Shown: piece by piece, positions 56,301-64,000 of the stretch | How the letters are laid out: each line of letters begins with the position of its first letter | Position numbering within the stretch: position 1 is the stretch's first letter | Made by a program: the position numbers and the translations under genes | The notes under the pieces: model-generated | Databases searched by the model: none | What the model was told of the DNA's origin: nothing | The model's input: only the letters and a program-made list of their open reading frames with translations | From: an uncultured Thermoleophilia bacterium | GTDB taxonomy: Bacteria > Actinomycetota > Thermoleophilia > UBA2241 | Assembly: GCA_963767505.1 (NCBI GenBank) | Contig: CAVYDV010000003.1 | Span: 64,890-128,889 of the forward strand | Direction: 5' to 3' | Length of the DNA: 64,000 bases

Positions 56301-58610
56301 ATGGGCCTTCCCCTCTTCGCCACCGTCCCCAGAGGCATGGAATCGCTGCTGGCCGGCGAGCTTCGCGGGCTCGGTGCGCTCGGACTCAAGCAGACACGGG
56401 CCGGCGTGTCCTTCACTGGGTCGCTGGAGACGGCGTACCGCGTCTGCCTGTGGTCGAGACTGGCGAGTCGCGTACTGCTGCCATTGGCCAGCGGACGCGC
56501 CACGGACGCCGACGAGCTCTACTCGACGGTGCAGAGAGTCTCTTGGGACGAGCACCTGGGCGTCGACGGCACGCTCGCGGTCGACTTCACCGGCGTCAGC
56601 GAAGCCATCCGTGACACCCGCTTCGGGGCGGTGCGCGTGAAGGACGCGATCGTCGACCAGTTCCGCGAGCGGCACGGAGATCGACGCCCCTCGGTCGATG
56701 TCCGCGCGCCCGACCTGCGTGTGAGCGCGCATCTGGCGCGCGGTCGCCTCACGGTCTCGGTCGACCTGAGTGGCGAGAGCCTGCACCGACGAGGCTACCG
56801 CCTCGACAAGCTGCAGGTCGAGGCGCCGCTCAAGGAGAACCTGGCCGCGGCCGTGCTGCTCTACGCGGAGTGGTCGCGCGAGAGTTCTGCCGGAGGCAGC
56901 TTCCTCGACCCGCTCTGCGGATCCGCCACGCTGCCTATCGAAGCGGCCTGGATCGCAGCCGACGTCGCCCCCGGCCTGCTCCGAGCACGGGGCATCGCGG
57001 GCTTCGGCTTCCTCCGCTGGAGAGGGCACGAGGAGACCGTCTGGCGAAAGCTCGTAGACGAGGCCCAAACCCGGCGGGCGGGGGGCATGGAGCGCTTGCG
57101 GACCGCCGGCCCGGGACCGTCATTCGCGGCAGCGACCGAGACGCGCGCGCCCTGCGTGTCGCACAAACCTGCGTCGAACGCGCCGGGTGCGCCGATGTGC
57201 TGGCACTCGAGCGCGTCGACCTCGCGGAGCTGCGCGCGCCTGCTCGCCAAGGACTGCTGGCCACCAACGCCCCATATGGCGAGCGCCTGAGCCAGGGTGA
57301 GGATGCCGAGGCCGTCTATCGGCTGCTCGGCCACCGGCTGCGCGACCACTTCGGCGGATGGCGGGCTGCAGTGCTCGCCGGTCACCGTCGCCAGGTCGCG
57401 GCCATGGGGCTGCCTCCGAAGCGCGAGACCGCGCTCTACAACGGCCCCATGCCTTGCACTCTCGCATACCTCGCGGTCGAGCGGAAGCGTTCTCGCGGCG
57501 GCGCCGCGCTCCGACCGCGCCGCCGCCCGCTCGTCCGCGCCACCAATCACGGGAGCGCGCGCCGACGAAGGGACGAAGACGAACCCGGTCGAGTCCGGGG
57601 CCCACGCCGACCTCCGGCCTCCTGAGCGGCGGCGCCGAGCAGCTCGCCAACCGCCTGCGCAAGAACCACAGACGTCTGGGGCGGCAACTGCGCCGTGACG
57701 GCATCACCTGCTACCGGCTCTACGACGCCGACCTCCCAGAGTACAACTTCGTGGTCGACGTGTACGGCGACTGGGTCCACGTGCAGGAGTACGCTCCGCC
57801 GCCCGAGATCGATCCGACGAAGGTCCGACGCCGCATCGAGGACGCCATGGCGGTCATTGCGACCGTGCTCGAGATTCCGACTGACCGGCTCGTCCTCAAG
57901 GAGCGGCGGCGGCAGCGAGGCGCCGCGCAATACGAGCGCCACGCGACACGTGGCTCCTTTCACGAAGTCGCCGAGGATGGACTCACCTACCTCGTCAACC
58001 TCACGGACTATCTCGACGCCGGTCTGTTTCTGGACCAGAGACTCACGCGGCGCCTGGTACGCAAGCAGGCGGGTGGGCAGCGCTTCCTCAACCTATTCGC
58101 CTACACGGGGACGATGACCGTGAACGCCATCGCCGGGGGAGCGCCCTCGTCGACCAGCGTGGACCTCTCATCGACGTACCTCGAGTGGACGCTGCGCAAC
58201 CTCGTCGCCAATGGTCTCACGGCAACGCTCGAGTCGTCGGAAGGTGCGTCAGACTCCGTCGGCAGCGCACCGCCTCGTTCGGGCGGATTGCCTAGAGCTG
58301 GCTCACTCAGGCGAAGGGCGAGTACGACTTCATCTGGCTCGACCCACCGACGTTCTCCAATTCGAAGCGGATGGGCCGCGCCACGTTCGACGTCCAGCGC
58401 GACCACGCCGACCTCATCCGTATGGCCGCCCGCCGTCTGCTAGCGCCGGGGGGCGCGTTGCTCTTCTCGACCAACCGTCGCGGCTTCAAGCTCGATCTCA
58501 AGGAGCTTGGCGGACTGCACGCAGAGGACCTCTCGCGCAACACCCTGCCGTTCGACTGCGAACGCGGCGCTAAACGCCATCACGTGTTCCGCATCGAGCG
58601 CCGCCGGTGA
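56301..58610 (+). CDS. rlmL: bifunctional 23S rRNA m2G2445/m7G2069 methyltransferase RlmKL (at least four frameshifts)
   Basis: The THUMP/RlmL N-terminus is in the frame of ORF 56301... The RlmL catalytic segment (LLATNAPYGERL) is in the frame of ORF 56870... The RlmK segment (ITCYRLYDADLPEYNFVVDVY...VNLTDYLDAGLFLDQR...NLFAYTGT) is in the frame of ORF 57358... The terminal DPPTFSNSKRMGRATFDVQRDH...LFSTNRRGF lies in two further frames. Confidence 0.85.
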
Positions 58611-58759
58611 CCCACGGCATAGCTTCAGCGAATGCCGGGGTACTGAAGCGACGAGGTGGGCATGGTCGACATCAGGCATGCGCGGCGCTGTGACCCCCTC
58701 AGCGCTTGAAGCGCGGTGAAACCAGTCCATCGCGCCTCTTCATGTGTCGGAGAGGTACG

Positions 58760-60862
58760 ATGGACAGCGTCATGATGTCGCCGAGGCAAACGACAGCCCC
58801 CTACGGAGCGTGGAGTTCCCCGATCACGGCTCGTCTCATCGCCGAGACGGGCGTGGCGCTCGGCCAGCTGCAGGCGGTGGCCGGCCGCACGTTCTGGCTG
58901 GAGATGCGTCCCCTCGAGGGAGGCCGCTCCTGTCTGGTCCATCGTGCCCCCGGCGGTGAGATAGTCGATGTCACACCACCGGGCCACAACGCCAGAACGC
59001 TTGTGCACGAGTACGGCGGCGGCAGCTACGCCCTGTGCGACACGGGCGAACGAATGACGGTGTTCTTCAGTGAGTTTGAAGACCAGCGGCTCTACCGGCA
59101 GGAAATCGACCTCGACGGCTCGGCCACGTCGCCGGAGCCGGTCACCCCGGCACCAGCGACGGCTCGCGCCCTCCGATATGCCGACGGACGCTTGACGCCC
59201 GACGGACGCACCCTGGTCTGTGTTCGCGAGCAACACGAAGGCGGCGAGGTCGTCAACGAGGTCGTCGCCGTGGCGGCGACGGGCGGGCAGCTGTCAGCTG
59301 GTCATGTCCCCCGGGTGTTGGCCAACGGTCGCGACTTCTACGCCGCCCCGCGCATCAGCCCCGACGGCGGTACGCTGGCTTGGCTCTGCTGGGATCATCC
59401 GCAGATGCCGTGGGACGGCACCGAGCTATGGGTCGCGGCACTGACGGCCACCGGGCTCGCCGCTGCTCGCCGTATCGCCGGCGGGCCGGGCGAGAGCATC
59501 GTCCAACCATCCTGGAGCGCCGACGGCCGCCTGCACTTCATCAGCGATCGCAGCGGCTGGTGGAACATCTATCGGCTCGACGATCAGGACCGCCCGGCGA
59601 GCGCCAGCGCGCTGGCTCCGCTCGCCGCCGAGTTCGCCAAGCCGGCTTGGGCCTTCGGCCTGCGGAGCTATGCCTTCCTGGACGATTCACGCATCGTCTG
59701 CTTCTTCAGCCAAGATGGCATCGATCGCCTCGCCCTGATCGAGCCGGATCGCCCCGGCGTTCAGCCGATCCCCTGCTCCTACACGACGTTCTCGAGCGTC
59801 GGCGCCACCGGGAAGACCGTCGCAGTCATCGGCGGCAGCGCCACCCAGGGGTCGACCGTGGCCCTGCTCGATCCGACCAGCGGCCAGCTGGAGCCCGTCC
59901 GCCACAGCAGGCCCATCGCGGTCGACCCTGAGTACCTGTCACGGCCAGAGCCGATCTCGTTCCCGACGTCCTACGACCCCGGCTCGGTGACGGGACCGCT
60001 GCTCGCAGAGCTTGACGCGGCCGGCGGCGAGACTAGGGCTCACGCCCTGTACTACCCGCCGACGAACCCGGCCTTCCAGGGGCCGGAAGGCGAGCGACCG
60101 CCGCTCATCGTCATGAGTCACGGCGGCCCCACCTCGGCCCGCGAAGCCATCCTGAGCCTGGACATCCAGTTCTGGACCTCGCGCGGCGTCGCCGTCGTCG
60201 ACGTCAACTATGGCGGCTCCACGGGCTACGGGCGCGCCTACCGAGAGCGCCTCCGCGGCAACTGGGGCATCGTCGACACGGTCGACTGCATCAACGCCGC
60301 GCGGTACCTCATCGCACGCGACGACGTGGATCCCGCGCGGATCGCCGTGCAGGGTGGCAGTGCCGGCGGCTACACCACTCTCAACGCGCTCACGCGGCAC
60401 CGCTTCTTCTCCGCCGGCGCCTCTTTCTTCGGCCTTGCCGACCTCGAACTGTTCGCGAGCGGCGGCACGCACAAGTTCGAATCGCACTACCTCGACGGCC
60501 TGGTCGGCCCGTATCCCGAGCGCGCTGCCGTCTACCGCGAGCGCTCGCCCATTCAGCACGTACGTGACATCTCCTGCCCGGTGATCCTTCTGCAGGGGCT
60601 CGAAGACGCCATCGTCCCACCCGCCCAGGCCGAGGTCATCGTCGCCGCTCTGAGCATTAGCGGGCTGCCGTACGCGTACCTTGCGTTCGCGGGCGAGCAA
60701 CACGGCTTTCGCAGAGCCGAGACCATCATCCGGGCGGAGGAGGCCGTGCTCTCCTTCTACGGCCACGTCTTCGGATTCGCGCCCGCCGACAAGGTCGAGT
60801 CGCTGACGATCGAGAATCTCGAGACCGGCAACGGGACGAGCCGCACCGACGACTCCGTCTGA
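58760..60862 (+). CDS. S9 family peptidase (prolyl oligopeptidase / acylaminoacyl-peptidase-like) with N-terminal beta-propeller
   Basis: MDSVMMSPRQTT...(propeller)...IVMSHGGPTS...QGGSAGGYTT (nucleophile GxSxGG) ...GLEDAIVPP...EQHGF. 700 aa with an intact frame. Confidence 0.85.
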   Translation: MDSVMMSPRQTTAPYGAWSSPITARLIAETGVALGQLQAVAGRTFWLEMRPLEGGRSCLVHRAPGGEIVDVTPPGHNARTLVHEYGGGSYALCDTGERMTVFFSEFEDQRLYRQEIDLDGSATSPEPVTPAPATARALRYADGRLTPDGRTLVCVREQHEGGEVVNEVVAVAATGGQLSAGHVPRVLANGRDFYAAPRISPDGGTLAWLCWDHPQMPWDGTELWVAALTATGLAAARRIAGGPGESIVQPSWSADGRLHFISDRSGWWNIYRLDDQDRPASASALAPLAAEFAKPAWAFGLRSYAFLDDSRIVCFFSQDGIDRLALIEPDRPGVQPIPCSYTTFSSVGATGKTVAVIGGSATQGSTVALLDPTSGQLEPVRHSRPIAVDPEYLSRPEPISFPTSYDPGSVTGPLLAELDAAGGETRAHALYYPPTNPAFQGPEGERPPLIVMSHGGPTSAREAILSLDIQFWTSRGVAVVDVNYGGSTGYGRAYRERLRGNWGIVDTVDCINAARYLIARDDVDPARIAVQGGSAGGYTTLNALTRHRFFSAGASFFGLADLELFASGGTHKFESHYLDGLVGPYPERAAVYRERSPIQHVRDISCPVILLQGLEDAIVPPAQAEVIVAALSISGLPYAYLAFAGEQHGFRRAETIIRAEEAVLSFYGHVFGFAPADKVESLTIENLETGNGTSRTDDSV

Positions 60863-60865
60863 GGC

Positions 60866-61657
60866 ATGCGCACCGCCCGACGCCTCATTTCGGCGCTAGT
60901 CCTGATCGGCGTATTCACGGCGCTCGTCCATGTCTATGGCGCGCCGCAGCAATGGTTCGGCATCCGGCTGGACGATCTGACCCAGCTGGGCGACCGGCGA
61001 CCGGCGCTGAGCGCCTCGACAGAGTCGCTGCCAGCCTATGCGCGTGAAGTCGCCGGCAAGCCCTGGTTCGCGCGCTACTACACACGCATCGTCTTCAGCG
61101 ACCAGGGCGGCACCGGCTCCTACGGCGGCAGGTTGACGAAATGGAAGAAGCGCCGCGTGCGGATAGACGTGCTCAACAACGGCGGATCGGGGATGAACAC
61201 CTACGTGAAGAGCCTTGCGCGTCGCCTCAACCGCATGCAATCCGCCACCCGCTTCGCGGTGGTCGACGGCTCGGCCGACATCACGATCGAGTATCTCTCC
61301 CATGACGAGTACGTTCGCGCCGTCGGCGACGACTCCGTCGGGAATTGCGAGACTCGCTTCTACAACGCAGCTCCTGGACTCGTGGAGGCCACCATCAAGG
61401 TTGATGCCGGCGTGTTGCGCACGCCGGCCCAGCGGAAGCCGGTCGTGATCCACGAACTCACCCACGCCATCGGCTTCAAGGGCCACTTCCATGACCCGCG
61501 CTACAGGACTCGCAGCGTGCTCTACTACGCCGCCTCCATCACCGACTGGAGCAGGGACGACGGAGCCGCCGTGCGCATCATGTACTCGTCGGCAATGAAG
61601 AATGGGATGAGCCCGAGCGCAGTACGCAAGGCGCTGCGGCGGATCCCCTCAGAGTAG
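60866..61657 (+). CDS. DUF2927 domain-containing protein (zincin-like, secreted or membrane-anchored)
   Basis: N-terminal TM/signal segment RLISALVLIGVFTALV. HExxH-like VVIHELTHAIGF. Confidence 0.7.
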   Translation: MRTARRLISALVLIGVFTALVHVYGAPQQWFGIRLDDLTQLGDRRPALSASTESLPAYAREVAGKPWFARYYTRIVFSDQGGTGSYGGRLTKWKKRRVRIDVLNNGGSGMNTYVKSLARRLNRMQSATRFAVVDGSADITIEYLSHDEYVRAVGDDSVGNCETRFYNAAPGLVEATIKVDAGVLRTPAQRKPVVIHELTHAIGFKGHFHDPRYRTRSVLYYAASITDWSRDDGAAVRIMYSSAMKNGMSPSAVRKALRRIPSE

Positions 61658-61678
61658 GCGAAAGAGGAGGACGGACGC

Positions 61679-62116
61679 ATGGTCTCGGAGTGCGAGCGAT
61701 TCTGGGAGCGCGACAGCTACGCCGTCGTTGGACATCAGGCCAAGAGAAGCTTCCCCAAGATCACGTACAAGGCCCTCAAGGAGCGGGGCAAGACAGCCTA
61801 CGCGATCGATCCGGAGAGTCCCGAGGTGGAGGGCGACACCGCCTACCCGGACTTCGCTTCTCTCCCCGACTCAGTCGAAGCGGCCGTTCTCGAACTGCCC
61901 AAGGAAGAAACGGCCCTGTGGGTCGGCAGGGCCGCAGACGCGGGCATCAAGGAGATCTGGCTTCACCAGATGACCGATACGCCGGAGGCCTTGGCCGAGG
62001 CCGCTCAGCGCGGCCTTCATGTCCTCACCGGCCACTGCGCCGTCATGTACAACCTGGAGGGCTTCAGCATGCACTCCCCTCACCGCTTCATTTGGAAGCT
62101 GCTCGGGAAGTACTGA
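61679..62116 (+). CDS. CoA-binding domain protein (YccU-like)
   Basis: SYAVVGHQAKRSFPKITYKALKERGKTAYAIDPES...IKEIWLHQ matches the CoA_binding_2 pattern. Confidence 0.75.
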   Translation: MVSECERFWERDSYAVVGHQAKRSFPKITYKALKERGKTAYAIDPESPEVEGDTAYPDFASLPDSVEAAVLELPKEETALWVGRAADAGIKEIWLHQMTDTPEALAEAAQRGLHVLTGHCAVMYNLEGFSMHSPHRFIWKLLGKY

Positions 62117-62136
62117 CCGCGCCGCCGGCTGCGCCC

Positions 62137-62394
62137 CTACGCCGGCCTGTAGCCCTCGCTCAGCGCCGCCTTTCGGCACATGTGGCAGACGGTGATCACA
62201 GAGTCGGTCGATCGCGGCGTGACCATGCGATAGCGGAGCGCGTCCGTGGCCAGCTTGGTGCCGCACAGACCACAAGTGGCGGTTTCCATGAAGTGAACGC
62301 TCGCGGCGGGCTGGTTCTCCGAGGGGGCCGGGTGGACGGTCGGCTCGTCCGGCTCAGGAGATGAAGGAAGAGGTTGGACGACGCCCATGGGCAC
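62137..62394 (-). CDS. hypothetical zinc-ribbon protein (85 aa)
   Basis: CGLCGTKLATDALRYRMVTPRSTDSVITVCHMCRKAALSEGY. Two CxxC pairs. Confidence 0.4.
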   Translation of the reverse strand: MPMGVVQPLPSSPEPDEPTVHPAPSENQPAASVHFMETATCGLCGTKLATDALRYRMVTPRSTDSVITVCHMCRKAALSEGYRPA

Positions 62395-62664
62395 TCACTC
62401 CTGCAGCGTGTCGGCGACGCCGGAGACGGCTCGCAGACAAGGATGGTGTACTTGGGAGTGCCCTCTTGAGGGCGGCACCAAACTCGCTGCGTTCGCGTGT
62501 CGGCCCGCTCGACCCGGCCCGTTGCCGAATCAGCCATTGCCACTCCGCCGTAGCTCTCGGCTTCAAGGAGCGCCCGCGTACCGCTCCCGGAGGCGATTCA
62601 CGGCATGCGTCATCGGCTGCCGAGTGAGGTAAGCTAGCCGCTTCTGCAGTCCCGGGAGGCAGCC

Positions 62665-63618
62665 ATGAAGCTCGATGCGCGGCGGAGGGCGAGTGCCCTG
62701 TGGCACGGGTCCGTCGCGCTCGTACGCGCCGCCTTGGCGCACAGCATCCTGCAGCTCGCTGCCGCGCTCACCTACTACACCCTGCTTTCGATCTTCCCCG
62801 CACTCATCGTCGTCGTCTCCCTTCTCGGCCTGCTAGGCCTTCCCCCGGAGACGCTGGAGAGCATCCTCAATAGCGTTGCCGAGAGGACACAGTCACAGTG
62901 GGCCATCGAGCTGGTTTCAGGCGTACTGGACAGCGTCTTCCAGTCTGCAACCGCGGGTGCGTTCCTCAGCATCGGCGTGCTCACCGCCCTGTATTCGTCC
63001 TCCGCCTACGTCAGATCCTTCATGTGGTCCTCAGACCGTATCTACGAGGTGACAACCAGTCGCTCCTACTGGCGAGGCCTTCCGATCCGTATCGGCCTCG
63101 CGCTGATGCTCATTCTGCTGTTCACACTAGCGGTGGCAGCGTTGACCTTTCTCGGCCCGTTCCGCGCCTGGGCCATCAGAAACCTTGGACTCGATCCGAA
63201 CGTCGTCGACCCATGGCTCTGGCTCGCCTCGCTGCTTCTGCTCGGCATCGCGGTGCTGATGCTGGGCCTGCTCTTCAAGTACGCTCCGTCCCGACGTCAA
63301 CCGGCCCTCTGGCGCCTCCTGATCGGCGCGAGCGTGACTGCGGTCTCCTTGGTCCTCGTCTCAATCGGATACGGCATCTACTTCGTCTCCTTCAGCTCGT
63401 ACAACGATGTGTACGGCGCGCTCGGCGCTGCCCTGGGCTTCATTGTCTGGGCGTGGGTGATGAACATCGCGGTCCTCGCCGGGGTCGAGATCAACAGGGC
63501 GATCGAGTCTCGGGGTGCGGGCGATGCGGCTGACGCGGCCGATACGGTCGACTCAGCCGACCAGGCTGACGCTGTCGATGACCCTGATGCGGCCGGTGGG
63601 GCCGAGGGAGCCGACTGA
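62665..63618 (+). CDS. YihY/BrkB (virulence factor BrkB / ribonuclease BN-like) family membrane protein
   Basis: LAAALTYYTLLSIFPALIVVVSLLGL... with 6 TM helices in the PF03631 pattern and an acidic D/A-rich tail. Confidence 0.85.
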   Translation: MKLDARRRASALWHGSVALVRAALAHSILQLAAALTYYTLLSIFPALIVVVSLLGLLGLPPETLESILNSVAERTQSQWAIELVSGVLDSVFQSATAGAFLSIGVLTALYSSSAYVRSFMWSSDRIYEVTTSRSYWRGLPIRIGLALMLILLFTLAVAALTFLGPFRAWAIRNLGLDPNVVDPWLWLASLLLLGIAVLMLGLLFKYAPSRRQPALWRLLIGASVTAVSLVLVSIGYGIYFVSFSSYNDVYGALGAALGFIVWAWVMNIAVLAGVEINRAIESRGAGDAADAADTVDSADQADAVDDPDAAGGAEGAD

Positions 63619-63792
63619 GCTGGATCCCAGCCGCACGTCTCGACATCGCCGCCCGCGCCCATGCACCCGCCGTGGATGCGGGCCCCTCGGGAGCCCCGCT
63701 TCCTCAGCCCTCTGCTCAATCGGACCCCCGGGAGCGCCCGGACGGTGACGACAGGAGCGACCGTCCAGCCGCAAACGGTCATCTCACCGGGC

Positions 63793-63909
63793 TCACGCCC
63801 GAGGGGCCTGAGTGCCCCGGGGGCACCATGCCGCAGAGTACGCCGCGAGTGCCAGTGCAGCGACTGCGGCAAGAGTGCCGAACATGGCCGTCTCGGTCTT
63901 CCTGTTCAT
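63793..63909 (-). CDS. possible small (38 aa) hydrophobic peptide
   Basis: Strong SD GGGAGGGGG 5 nt upstream of the ATG. MNRKTETAMFGTLAAVAALALAAYSAAWCPRGTQAPRA. Below the ORF-track size cutoff. Speculative. Confidence 0.25.
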   Translation of the reverse strand: MNRKTETAMFGTLAAVAALALAAYSAAWCPRGTQAPRA

Positions 63910-64000
63910 CTGCGCCCCCTCCCGAAGAGTTGCCGGCACATACCACGTGCCGCCGAATCGTCGCCGTGCAAGTGATGTATGAATCCCCGTCGGTCGCGAA

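Overview
High-GC (~68-70%) bacterial chromosomal segment carrying about 70 features, almost all protein-coding. No rRNA, tRNA, CRISPR array or recognisable mobile element was found. A block near the start encodes central metabolism: pyruvate:ferredoxin oxidoreductase (PFOR) translationally coupled to a dihydroorotate-dehydrogenase-like gene, an archaeal-type PEP carboxylase, a divergent aminotransferase and aromatic-amino-acid decarboxylase pair, and mntP. A long minus-strand block follows: msrA, a B12-binding radical SAM (rSAM) gene flanked by matching inverted-repeat hairpins, a TfoX N-domain gene, typA, and several small membrane proteins. Further along are two HAD hydrolases, gltX, etfBA with a FadE-like acyl-CoA dehydrogenase, a YciA-type thioesterase, an AlaA-like aminotransferase, a YhaM-like exoribonuclease, a CspA-family cold-shock protein with an acidic (PASDDE)x4 tail, and an Rrf2-metY-metX-metW operon. 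Next come murB, an ECF sigma/anti-sigma pair, fabI, an HtrA-like protease and a peptide ABC binding protein. The most coherent system is a roughly 10 kb minus-strand array at 42.2-52.4 kb. It begins with a cobalamin riboswitch, runs through cobU-cobT-cobS-cobC-cbiB-cobD, and then continues through a Fur-family regulator with a palindromic box, a Dph6/MJ0570-like PP-loop ATPase, and a BtuF/FecCD/FepC-type ABC transporter whose ATPase carries a C-terminal extension. Many of these genes overlap start-to-stop. Downstream lie a Crp/Fnr regulator with a TTGAC-N4-GTCAA box in front of a di-cluster ferredoxin, then recQ, rlmKL, an S9 peptidase, a DUF2927 protein, a YihY family protein and others. At least 20 apparent frameshifts cluster in otherwise conserved genes, including essential gltX and rlmKL, which points to indel errors in the assembly rather than genuine pseudogenes. 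Gene spans below are homology-based and cross those breaks.
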